Shown here piece after piece: positions 53,277 through 63,101 of a stretch of 64,000 nucleotides of DNA; within the stretch, counting starts at the first letter, position 1, and each line of letters begins with the position of its first letter. The stretch is from Candidatus Marinamargulisbacteria bacterium (GTDB lineage: Bacteria; Margulisbacteria; Marinamargulisbacteria; UBA817). The position numbers were made by a program, and so were the translations under genes. The notes below the pieces were generated by a model, which was given only the letters and a program-made list of their open reading frames with translations, was not told where the DNA came from and did not search any database. The stretch spans positions 29,594-93,593 of the forward strand of contig JBMHDV010000027.1 in assembly GCA_049889215.1 (NCBI GenBank), given 5' to 3'.

Positions 53277-56200
53277 ATGAGTCCAACAAAATCAAATATT
53301 TTACAACTAACAAATATTTTAAATTCAAACCTAAATGAATTTTTAATTGTATCAATACAATTAATTCAAAAACTAAAACAAAGCAGCACATCGCCAAGTT
53401 TCATCACACCAGAGCAAATTATTTTAGAGAAAAGTAATAACAAGTATTCAATTGAAATAAATGACAATAAGGACAGTGACCCATTTGCAATAGACATCTA
53501 TAAATCACCTGAACAAAAAGAAAAAATTGATCGAGCCGTTGATCATCGATCCACATTTTACTCACTTGGTGTTATTTTTCACTTGATTTTAACTAAAGAA
53601 TATCCATTAAGCTTAGGAAACATTATTAGCATTAACTTTCCTTCAAACTCAACAGCGCCTCAATCTGTTCAACTCATTATTGAAAAATTATTGTGCCGGT
53701 ATCCCGAAGACCGCTACCAATCTTATGAAGGGCTTATATTAGATTTAGAAAAATGCTTAAATGCATTTGAAAAAACAGGTAATATCCCCCTATTCTTACC
53801 CGGAATAGATGACAAACCCATTGATCTAAAATTCGAACATTATTTATACGGCCGAGCAGTTGAAGTTGACTATATACAGAAATCAATTGAATCAATAAAA
53901 AAACAGAACAGTGCAGGACTTTTAATCATTCATGGTCCCTCGGGAATTGGTAAAACCCTACTTGCAAAGCATGTCATTAATAAGATAAATGTTGAAAACA
54001 AACTAGTCATTAAAACAAAACTAAATGCAACAAATGAATCGTCAATCGATTGTATTACAGATATTGTTTCAGCCATGGTAAATATTTCAAAAGAACACGC
54101 CTCTGATCGTAAACTGACAGAAAAACTAAAAAAAATAACCATAAAACATAACCGGTTATTGGAAACATTATTATCCAAAACAGAACTTGAATCACAAATT
54201 TCAAGAGAAACCATGCAATCAAAAACATTGAACTTAACTAATTTGCTTATCGACTTTTTCCAAATCATAACAGAAAAAAATACACTAATAATACAAATTG
54301 ATGACATTCAATGGTTAAATTCAGCCTCAAAAACCTCCTTAATGATGGCAACTTCCTATATTTCAAAAAATTTAATTACCATTGCTACATCCAGAAAAGA
54401 ATTTAAACCAAAAGCATCACTATTAAATCAACTATTTCCCAACGAAAAAATATCGGAAAACTTAATTGCTTCATTCAATAATTTAATTACATTTTTAGTG
54501 CCAGTGGCAGGATTAGGTATTCAAGAAATAACAGAACAAGTTCAAGATCTTTTACTGTGTAAAAAAGAAGAAGCCAATCGATTAGCAATTATTCTTCACA
54601 ACAAAACAGGTGGAAACCCTTTGTATATTCAAGAACTTTTAATTTCATTTAAAGAAAAAAATCTGCTTTGGCATGACAATAAATCAAAAGAGTGGACTTG
54701 GAAAATGTCAGAATTAGAAAAAGAAAAGGTAACAGAGAATGTTGCTGATCTTTTAATCAATAAAATTAAAACATTACCAATGACTACTCAAAAGATTTTG
54801 CATTATGCAAGTTTAATTGGAAATAAGTTTAATACATCAATAATTGCAAGCGCCCTTAAAGAAGATATGATTGCAATAGATCTAGCCCTATGGCATGCTT
54901 CAGCAAAAAAATTAATCGTATCAACCAATGAGCAACTAAAAGACCAAGAATATACGTTTTTACATGATAAAATTCAATCTGCCTGCCTTAATGATCAATT
55001 ATTTAATATCCTAGAATCCCATAAAATTATCGGAAAATCTTTATTGAAAAAATATGGGAAAGAAACATCAACAAACCATTTAACTAAAATTACATATCAC
55101 CTAAACCAAAGCGTTGGTCAATTGGATAATAATGAAATAAACGAACTCATTTATTTAAACCAAATCTGTGGTAATCAATTGTTAAAAAACTTGGTTGATC
55201 CGGACGCAGAAAAATACTTTTCAACAGCTATTAATCTCTACCATTCTTACTCAGTAAATAATACTTCTTTGCTAGAAAAGTTATATTTTTCAAATATAAC
55301 AGCTCATCAATTAAATGGTAGTACAACAAAAGCTCTAGAAATTATTAAAAAGATAAATAAAGAAATACCAAGTACAGAAAATTATCAAAAAACTCTGTTA
55401 ATACGGCTGATGATTATAACAAGTGAAACAAATTACAAAGACGCATTAACGCTTGGAATTTCGACACTGCGCTCATCAAGTCCAAATTTAAAACTTATCC
55501 CATCAACGCTTAGCATCGCTACTCAACTTATATCAACTACAATAAAGACATTTTTTAACATAAACCGACTAAAAGATCTGCCTCGAAAAAAATCGGAAAA
55601 AGCTATTTTTGAATCACAAATTCATTGTGAGTTAACTGACAGCGCATATTTTTTCAACAAAAAAACATATGTTCAATTAATTTGTAATAATATAAACCTT
55701 GTTTTTAAAAAGGGAATCTCAAAAGATACTCCTTTCATGCTGCTACAGTTCGCTAATTTACTTGTAATAAAGTTTAAACTATTTAATCTATCAAAAAAGA
55801 TATGCCAAATTGCACTAATCATTATTGAGGAATTTAAACACTCAAAATATACATTTCAAACTAGGTTTATATACTCAACTTTTATTTGCCGTTGGTTTGA
55901 AGATGAAGAAAACGTAATTAACGAACTTAATAAAAGTATAAAAAACTGCAAAGACAATAACCTTCTTTCATTTGCAATTTATTCAATTTTTCAAAATGTA
56001 CTGGTGATGCTAGGTGCAGGTAAGCCATTAGAAAATATCGAGAAATTTATTTTTAAACACAACCCATTTGTTTATTCTGTCGACTTTTTAGATACAATCC
56101 TTGCTCTAGAAATCTCAAAATGCTACATACAATCTCTTAAAAGTGGTCAAAAAAACTATCAATCATCCATATTTAATGAAAACATTGCCGTGAAAAAAAT

Positions 56201-56765
56201 GAAGGAAAATGGTTTAACTGTTTCATATGGCTGGTATATGAGCTCCAAATTAAAAACAAACTATTTTCTTGAAGATTTTGAAAATGCAAAAGCATTTGGA
56301 AATCAAACAGAAGAGTGTCTAGACTATTTATTGGGCCTAAACGAAGTGGAAGAGTTTCATTTATATCGATCACTTTCAATTTTGAATGATGCAACTAAAA
56401 GAAATCTTAAACTAACTAAAAGACAAAAAAAGCAAATTAAATCATCTATAAAATATTTTAAGCAATGGTCAAAACAAAATGCACAGAATTATGAACATAA
56501 ATACCAATTATTAACAGGGGCCCAACTTGAATATCAAAAAAAGTACAAAAAGGCTGAGTTATCATTCAAAAGAAGCCTAGAAATGGCCCATTTTAAAAAT
56601 CAAATTACGATAAAGGCACTAGCGTTGGAACACCTTGGAAAAATGAAAAAAAGACAGTGTGATCCAAACGCAAAATACATACTTCAAGATGCCATAAAAA
56701 GTTATTCAAAATGGGGAGCAAAAGAAAAAGAAAAACAACTTTCAAAAATACTTGAACAAATTTAA
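53277..56765 (+). CDS. STAND/AAA_16-type NTPase with N-terminal pseudokinase remnant and C-terminal helical repeats (PknK/MalT-like architecture without DNA-binding domain)
   Basis: Kinase C-lobe-like YKSPEQ...HRSTFYSLGVIFHLILT...YPEDRYQSYEGLILDL with HRD and DFG replaced; Walker A IHGPSGIGKTLL; Walker B LIIQIDDIQW; long helical C-terminus. Confidence 0.75.
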   Translation: MSPTKSNILQLTNILNSNLNEFLIVSIQLIQKLKQSSTSPSFITPEQIILEKSNNKYSIEINDNKDSDPFAIDIYKSPEQKEKIDRAVDHRSTFYSLGVIFHLILTKEYPLSLGNIISINFPSNSTAPQSVQLIIEKLLCRYPEDRYQSYEGLILDLEKCLNAFEKTGNIPLFLPGIDDKPIDLKFEHYLYGRAVEVDYIQKSIESIKKQNSAGLLIIHGPSGIGKTLLAKHVINKINVENKLVIKTKLNATNESSIDCITDIVSAMVNISKEHASDRKLTEKLKKITIKHNRLLETLLSKTELESQISRETMQSKTLNLTNLLIDFFQIITEKNTLIIQIDDIQWLNSASKTSLMMATSYISKNLITIATSRKEFKPKASLLNQLFPNEKISENLIASFNNLITFLVPVAGLGIQEITEQVQDLLLCKKEEANRLAIILHNKTGGNPLYIQELLISFKEKNLLWHDNKSKEWTWKMSELEKEKVTENVADLLINKIKTLPMTTQKILHYASLIGNKFNTSIIASALKEDMIAIDLALWHASAKKLIVSTNEQLKDQEYTFLHDKIQSACLNDQLFNILESHKIIGKSLLKKYGKETSTNHLTKITYHLNQSVGQLDNNEINELIYLNQICGNQLLKNLVDPDAEKYFSTAINLYHSYSVNNTSLLEKLYFSNITAHQLNGSTTKALEIIKKINKEIPSTENYQKTLLIRLMIITSETNYKDALTLGISTLRSSSPNLKLIPSTLSIATQLISTTIKTFFNINRLKDLPRKKSEKAIFESQIHCELTDSAYFFNKKTYVQLICNNINLVFKKGISKDTPFMLLQFANLLVIKFKLFNLSKKICQIALIIIEEFKHSKYTFQTRFIYSTFICRWFEDEENVINELNKSIKNCKDNNLLSFAIYSIFQNVLVMLGAGKPLENIEKFIFKHNPFVYSVDFLDTILALEISKCYIQSLKSGQKNYQSSIFNENIAVKKMKENGLTVSYGWYMSSKLKTNYFLEDFENAKAFGNQTEECLDYLLGLNEVEEFHLYRSLSILNDATKRNLKLTKRQKKQIKSSIKYFKQWSKQNAQNYEHKYQLLTGAQLEYQKKYKKAELSFKRSLEMAHFKNQITIKALALEHLGKMKKRQCDPNAKYILQDAIKSYSKWGAKEKEKQLSKILEQI

Positions 56766-56810
56766 TAATTCAGTATTGAAAAGCAAGACTAAAGTGAATA
56801 TTATATAATA

Positions 56811-57329
56811 ATGCTTATTGACTTATTTGATGAAGAAAAAGAAAACCCAGATGATTATATATCATTTTTAGTATTTGAGCCTGCCTCACTAAGAATTCCT
56901 GATAATGACTTATTATTAATTGGTGACCCAGTCACAGACTTATTTAAAAAAGTAAATTTATCAGATAGTTTTAATTCATCCCTTCCAGATCAAATTTTAA
57001 AAAACCGCTTACAGAGAATAGAAATGATGATCGATTTACTCAAAAATAACGATGGTCTTATCATGACCAAATTTTTAAACAAAATTTGGAGAAGATATAG
57101 CTTTTTTAGTAACTTAGGTGAGCTATTTGTTACTCAAGGTGAACTTAAAAGATTAGTTCCGGATTACTCATTTAACGAAAACCCAATTTTAGAACGTTTC
57201 ATTTTAGAAGAGATCGACGAATCCGAAGATAATAATGAGGATGAAAACGACGATGAAAAGGAAAGTGAAACAACTGAAAATTCAGACTCTAAATCATCTT
57301 CAAAAAAAAGTGAAGTTGAAAGTAAGTAA
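56811..57329 (+). CDS. Hypothetical protein with strongly acidic C-terminal tail
   Basis: 172-aa ORF ending EEIDESEDNNEDENDDEKESETTENSD. Confidence 0.4.
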   Translation: MLIDLFDEEKENPDDYISFLVFEPASLRIPDNDLLLIGDPVTDLFKKVNLSDSFNSSLPDQILKNRLQRIEMMIDLLKNNDGLIMTKFLNKIWRRYSFFSNLGELFVTQGELKRLVPDYSFNENPILERFILEEIDESEDNNEDENDDEKESETTENSDSKSSSKKSEVESK

Positions 57330-57340
57330 GATTAAGTCTT

Positions 57341-58366
57341 TTGTCTTTTTCCTTATCTGATTTTGATTATTATCTACCAGATGCTCAAATCGCTCATACA
57401 CCCACTGAAAGAAGAGATAAATCTAAATTATTAAAATACAACAAATTAACAAAAGAAGTATCAGATCATACATTTGATGAATTTAGTGATTTAATCCCAA
57501 ACAATAGTGTTATCGTCTTTAATAATACAAAAGTACTGAAAGCTAGAGTAATATGCTACCGTGAGTCAGGTGCAAAAATAGAGTGTTTTTTTTTAAAAAA
57601 AATATCTGAAAAGAGATGGGAAGTTATAATAAAAAACAGTCGTCGAATTTCGAATAATGAAACACTAATCATCGATAAAAAAAACAGCATAAAAGTAATC
57701 GAAAAAAAAGACAAATGCGCCATTGTTTGCATAAAAAGTAACATGGAAGATTTTGAGTTTCTTGAAAATTTTGGAAAAACACCGCTTCCTCCATATATTA
57801 AAACCAAAGATCCAGATAAATTCCATGAACGATACCAAAGCATTTTTGCATCAAACCCCGGTGCTGTTGCCGCACCAACAGCAAGCTTACATTTTACAGA
57901 TAAAATATTTTCTCAACTTAAGTCAAAAAATATCGAAATATTATATGTTACCCTACATATTGGCTTAGGAACGTTTAATCCAATAACAAAAGAAAATATA
58001 ATTGATCATAAAATGCATAAAGAAAACTATTCCATAACTAAATCTACAGCAGCGAAATTAAACCAGGCAAAAAAAGAAAAAAAACCAATTTTTGCCGTGG
58101 GTACAACCGTTGCACGTTGCTTGGAATCAAATATCAAAGATAACCTATTTTCAGAACAAACAACAGACACAGACCTTTATATTTTTCCTGGCTATGAATA
58201 TAAAGGGATTGATGGCTTACTAACCAACTTTCACTTGCCTAAATCATCACTTTTTATTTTAGTTGCAGCCATGATTGGCCTTAAAAATATTCAAGATATT
58301 TATCAACATGCCATTGAACATGACTATCGTTTTTTTAGTTTTGGAGACGCAATGTTAATTTCATAA
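57341..58366 (+). CDS. queA: S-adenosylmethionine:tRNA ribosyltransferase-isomerase
   Basis: N-terminal FDYYLPDAQIAHTP, central TPLPPYIK, C-terminal QueA pattern. Confidence 0.9.
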   Translation: MSFSLSDFDYYLPDAQIAHTPTERRDKSKLLKYNKLTKEVSDHTFDEFSDLIPNNSVIVFNNTKVLKARVICYRESGAKIECFFLKKISEKRWEVIIKNSRRISNNETLIIDKKNSIKVIEKKDKCAIVCIKSNMEDFEFLENFGKTPLPPYIKTKDPDKFHERYQSIFASNPGAVAAPTASLHFTDKIFSQLKSKNIEILYVTLHIGLGTFNPITKENIIDHKMHKENYSITKSTAAKLNQAKKEKKPIFAVGTTVARCLESNIKDNLFSEQTTDTDLYIFPGYEYKGIDGLLTNFHLPKSSLFILVAAMIGLKNIQDIYQHAIEHDYRFFSFGDAMLIS

Positions 58367-61300
58367 TGGGATTTCGATGGCTAGCTTTAATATGTTTTCT
58401 TCATATTTCAATATGCGGCTCACAAATTTACATGCCAGGTTACCCCAAATATTCCATCATTACTTCGCATAATATAGAAGAACAGGCAACAACCAACAAT
58501 GTCTATCCAAAAGTAGATTCCTCGGGTTTTGTAGAGATGAAATTTTCTGGCCGGAATTATACGAAAGATCTAAATAAACTAGAAACAATCCGACAAGATC
58601 CATATTACAAAAAAATTCCAAATGAAGTTCAACCTGGCTCAAATAGTTTTAAAACTCGATATTTAATCGACTTAAATGGAGAACTTGATGAAAGTACATC
58701 TGTAAACGTTCATATTCAAAAGGAGCCAGAATTCCCAGGAGTTTATAACGTTAATATCAAACATAAGAAATCTGAAATTAGCTTTGGCGATTATAAAACT
58801 AACTACTCATCAGGTGAGTTTGTTAATGTGGAAAAATATCTTAATGGAGCTCAAGTTAGCTACACTGATGATCAATGGTACGGAAAAAGCAGTATTGGAT
58901 CAGAAAAGTCTGAGCCACAAAAGTTTGAAACATTTGGTAATAATTCAAAAACTTATAAAGTAGGGCGATCTTTTTTACTCGAAGGTTCAGTTATCGTTTA
59001 TGTAAATGGAGGTAATAATCCACTCACTGAAAACGTAGATTATACAGTGAATTATTATGATGGTTCTGTCACATTCAAAAAAGCAAAAACAAAGGTGGAT
59101 TTTATTCAGATTATTTATGAATTTACGAATCCAATTCAAGATTTTATACCTGCGCTTTCTCGCAAAGATTTTGTTGGATTAACATATATTTACAACCCAT
59201 CACAAAATGTTAATATCAACGAATTTATTTTGAAAAATGCCACAACAAATATACATATTTCAGATAACAAGGAAATACTTGAAAACCGCATCAAATTAAA
59301 AAAGTTACCGATAGAATTGGGCAGTGAAATAATTTACCACAACTCCAACCAATTAACGCAATCAAATGATTATCATATTGACTATAACTCTGGCATCATT
59401 CGATTTATTAAGAAGCCTTTAATAATCGATGATAGATTAAAAATTAGTTACACATATTTTGAAACAGGTAAATCTGAAGATCGATTTATTGGTAATGGTA
59501 CGCCTGGCCCCTATAAATTAAAGCATAAACATCCAATTACAGAATCATTAGAAATTCACTTGGGAGGTAAGCAGGCACGTGAATTTATTGATTATATTTA
59601 TAAAAAAGAAACAAATAGTATTCAGTTTATGTATGAAGTTTACTCTAATAAATTAATTAGAGTCACTTATAGATACAAAAAAGTTCAACAATCAAAAGTT
59701 AGCTTTAAAGATAGTCCCGTATCATACTCAGTCACATATCTTAATGAGTCAAATCGCATTAGAAAAGATGAATTGCAAAGCAAAGAAAACATAACCCCAA
59801 GCTCAATTACTGGAGTAAACAATAATATTATTGTTCTTCCAGATAACCCAATAGACTCAAATAAACCAATTCAATTAACCATTAATGGTTCAGATATTAG
59901 TGAATCAGAATATAGCGTCAATTATTACGAAGGCACAATCACCGTTTTAAATCAGTCAAATTTAACTCTTAATAATGTAAAAGTAAGCTACTCTAGTCAA
60001 AATAGTATTAATTCCGAACACTCCATTCAAGGATTAAGTATTTCTCAATACAATCAAGATCAAATCAAATTTAAGTCACTCCCAATAAAATACGATGGAA
60101 TACAAAAAATAACTCTATACTCACCTGAAGAAATGGTATTAGAAGAAGGTACAGAATACGAAATAATGTACATCAATAATGGCGAAAACTTTACCGACAT
60201 CCAAATTAAGTTCTTGCTAGGAAACTATTCTAGATTAACCAAATACCCATCAGGGTCCGATGTCATAAAATTTGATTACCTTTATACCCCATCGTCTGAT
60301 GACATACAATCAGAATCAAAACATGAAATAATTGACGTGCGATTAAAAAAGAAGATAAGGGATAACTGGAATATTTTTACTGAAATAGCAAATAGTAAAT
60401 ATAACTTTTCAAAAGCCACAGAATTTAAAAAAGAAACATTTAAAAATAACCAACCAAATAATATATATCAATTAAGTAATTCGCCCATTGAAGAAAACTC
60501 TGAGCTGGTATTTATTAATGGGTTTTCTCAATCAAAAGATAATGACTACTACATCAACTATGAACAAGGAATAATAACATTCATTAATAAAACAATCCCT
60601 GACGGTCAAACAGTTGAAATTTCATACAATTACTTCTTATCAAAAACAGCAAACATTGGGGATGCTAATGCATATTCAATTGAATCTGAATACAGCCCAA
60701 CATCATCAGTTATTATAAAAAACAAAATGAATAGTGTAGACCCAACGTTTCTGCCCATTGGTAATGCAAATATATCAAAGGGGATGTCAACTCAATCACA
60801 CGAAATAAACTGGAAATTTAACAAAAATGAATCAGCTCACTTTTTTTATAATAACGAAAAAATTAAAAATATTAACAATGAAAAGGTTTACGAAAAGAAC
60901 AGCTATATTTCAAAACTCGAACTTCAAGCGCTTGTATTTAAAACTACACATGAAATTCGATATGACGATATTGCATCAAGCGAAAATTACAAAGAAACAC
61001 CGAAAAAAATTATTGAATATAACAATGACATTATCTTAGACAACTTTAACGATCGTTGGACATTATCTAATCGAATATCTCAAAAAAATGAATCCGTGTC
61101 CTCCACAACCTCTCTTAATTCACTAATTGCATCAACAAAACTTAATTATTTAAAAACATTTGGCTATAAAAATTTGATAAAAGAAAGCACATTTAGCCCA
61201 TTTATTGGTATTGAATTAGATAAAACAAATACATCAACATTAAGCACTTACAATGAAAAAAGAATAGAAAATTTTGGATTGAATATAGATAGCACATTAA

Positions 61301-63018
61301 TATCAGATATTAAAAACACATCAAATTTTGAGAAAAGTATTCATAAAATTTATTTTATAGACAATAAACAGTTTATTTCTCCTTACTACAACTATAACTC
61401 TTTTACTCAAATTTCCCCGTTTGAATGGTTGAATACTAATATTAATATTAATCATGAGGAAAGTATTAGCCCAATACCAGGAATAGAAGATAAAGTTGAA
61501 GATCGCCAAGGATACAATATTGTGAGAATTGCCAATGATGCATTTCTTGAATATTCAAATGTCCCTGATTTTATTTATAAACAATTTAAAAATAGTTACT
61601 CAAGCCTTGGTTATTTAAAAACGAAACGTCGAGAAAACAATGCTTTAAAAAAATATAAGGAAGATCGATTATTTACAACAATCAATAACCTTACTTTTGT
61701 TGAATGGGTAAAAATACCCAAAATTAAATATAACGCCTATGTATCTGATCTTGTAGATAAAAAAGAAACATCATATCAATCTGAAAGCATCTCAAAAACA
61801 GACTTTAAAGAAGTAAATACAAATTTTACAATTAAACCAAACGTAAATATTCTAAATAAGCTTTCATTTGATGGAGATTATAAATATTCCAAATCAACAT
61901 TAGACTCTCAACTAACATTAACCAGTGGAACAGTAAACAATACAGAATCCATTGTTTCAAAAGATCAACAAACCTATGGCTTAAACATCAACTTACCCAA
62001 TATCCCATTGGGGATAACTACTATCGCATCACCAACTCTCCGAATTGAAACAAAATGGAATAATACAATCGACAAAAACTCAACAAAATCATCCGATCAA
62101 GAAAATAACTCATTTTTAATCAATAATAGCTTTGTCTCAGCCAACGCACTAAATCTTCAATACCAACTGTTTAAAAAAACTAAAATCAAAAATACCTTTT
62201 TAAGTGAAAATTCTTTTTTTAACCGAAACAAAATAAGCTCATCAACTGGGTCATTATTCAAAACAAGACAATCAGCAGATCAATCGATTAAGTATCCAAT
62301 GTTTAATTTTCTTCAAAATACTGAATATATTAAATTTGAAGCCTTAAGACAATACAAAAATAATCAAATTAATATAATGCCAAAAACGATCAAGTCAAAT
62401 TATAATAACTTTCTATCATTGGATGAGTTATTAGCTTCTCACGAATCAATGTTAAACTTATCAAGATTTTTTTCTATTAATGGAAATATTGAATACAAAA
62501 AGTTAGATCAAAACTCCACCAATGAAAATACCGAAAACCCTCACAAGCTATTCGAACAGAAAAAAGGAAGTGCTGGTGCGATTATTAAGCCACTTTCAGG
62601 CTTGGAGCTTCGTTATGACTATTCTTTAAAACAAATCAGTTCGAATACGATTGATACAAAACAAGGAAATGAAGAAAAAATTTCAATAATATATAACCCT
62701 ATAAAATACGACAATTTTGAAGTTCAATTTAATTTTTCTAAAGAAATAAACACAGGCAATGGCTTTAATGACATTCAAAAAGACATCTTATTTCAAACAA
62801 CAAACGAATCAATAGAATTAAATGTTATTCCAAGAAATGATGAGATTTACCTCAGTTCATTGAACCTAAACATAAATATTCCAAATAATATTAGTCCAAT
62901 TATCGAAAAAATATCATTTACAGGTGAAGGGTATTTTAAATATATTGTCGATCGAATTAATCCTGAAAACCAATTTTATATCAATGGCTTCCTATTTTCG
63001 TTTAAAATGGATTTATAA
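58366..63018 (+). CDS. Giant secreted/surface protein (1550 aa) with repeated ~50-aa beta-rich modules and beta-strand-like C-terminus
   Basis: Signal peptide MGFRWLALICFLHISICG; repeats such as VIVYVNGGNNPLTENVDYTVNYYDGSVTF, LVFINGFSQSKDNDYYINYEQGIITF; ATG overlaps queA stop (TAATG). Confidence 0.7.
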   Translation: MGFRWLALICFLHISICGSQIYMPGYPKYSIITSHNIEEQATTNNVYPKVDSSGFVEMKFSGRNYTKDLNKLETIRQDPYYKKIPNEVQPGSNSFKTRYLIDLNGELDESTSVNVHIQKEPEFPGVYNVNIKHKKSEISFGDYKTNYSSGEFVNVEKYLNGAQVSYTDDQWYGKSSIGSEKSEPQKFETFGNNSKTYKVGRSFLLEGSVIVYVNGGNNPLTENVDYTVNYYDGSVTFKKAKTKVDFIQIIYEFTNPIQDFIPALSRKDFVGLTYIYNPSQNVNINEFILKNATTNIHISDNKEILENRIKLKKLPIELGSEIIYHNSNQLTQSNDYHIDYNSGIIRFIKKPLIIDDRLKISYTYFETGKSEDRFIGNGTPGPYKLKHKHPITESLEIHLGGKQAREFIDYIYKKETNSIQFMYEVYSNKLIRVTYRYKKVQQSKVSFKDSPVSYSVTYLNESNRIRKDELQSKENITPSSITGVNNNIIVLPDNPIDSNKPIQLTINGSDISESEYSVNYYEGTITVLNQSNLTLNNVKVSYSSQNSINSEHSIQGLSISQYNQDQIKFKSLPIKYDGIQKITLYSPEEMVLEEGTEYEIMYINNGENFTDIQIKFLLGNYSRLTKYPSGSDVIKFDYLYTPSSDDIQSESKHEIIDVRLKKKIRDNWNIFTEIANSKYNFSKATEFKKETFKNNQPNNIYQLSNSPIEENSELVFINGFSQSKDNDYYINYEQGIITFINKTIPDGQTVEISYNYFLSKTANIGDANAYSIESEYSPTSSVIIKNKMNSVDPTFLPIGNANISKGMSTQSHEINWKFNKNESAHFFYNNEKIKNINNEKVYEKNSYISKLELQALVFKTTHEIRYDDIASSENYKETPKKIIEYNNDIILDNFNDRWTLSNRISQKNESVSSTTSLNSLIASTKLNYLKTFGYKNLIKESTFSPFIGIELDKTNTSTLSTYNEKRIENFGLNIDSTLISDIKNTSNFEKSIHKIYFIDNKQFISPYYNYNSFTQISPFEWLNTNININHEESISPIPGIEDKVEDRQGYNIVRIANDAFLEYSNVPDFIYKQFKNSYSSLGYLKTKRRENNALKKYKEDRLFTTINNLTFVEWVKIPKIKYNAYVSDLVDKKETSYQSESISKTDFKEVNTNFTIKPNVNILNKLSFDGDYKYSKSTLDSQLTLTSGTVNNTESIVSKDQQTYGLNINLPNIPLGITTIASPTLRIETKWNNTIDKNSTKSSDQENNSFLINNSFVSANALNLQYQLFKKTKIKNTFLSENSFFNRNKISSSTGSLFKTRQSADQSIKYPMFNFLQNTEYIKFEALRQYKNNQINIMPKTIKSNYNNFLSLDELLASHESMLNLSRFFSINGNIEYKKLDQNSTNENTENPHKLFEQKKGSAGAIIKPLSGLELRYDYSLKQISSNTIDTKQGNEEKISIIYNPIKYDNFEVQFNFSKEINTGNGFNDIQKDILFQTTNESIELNVIPRNDEIYLSSLNLNINIPNNISPIIEKISFTGEGYFKYIVDRINPENQFYINGFLFSFKMDL

Positions 63019-63101
63019 CGCCCAAATGATAAATTAAAATATAACACTAAACTTACTATGTGTTGAATTTATTCAGACATATTGTCAAACTAGTGGTAAA
63101 G

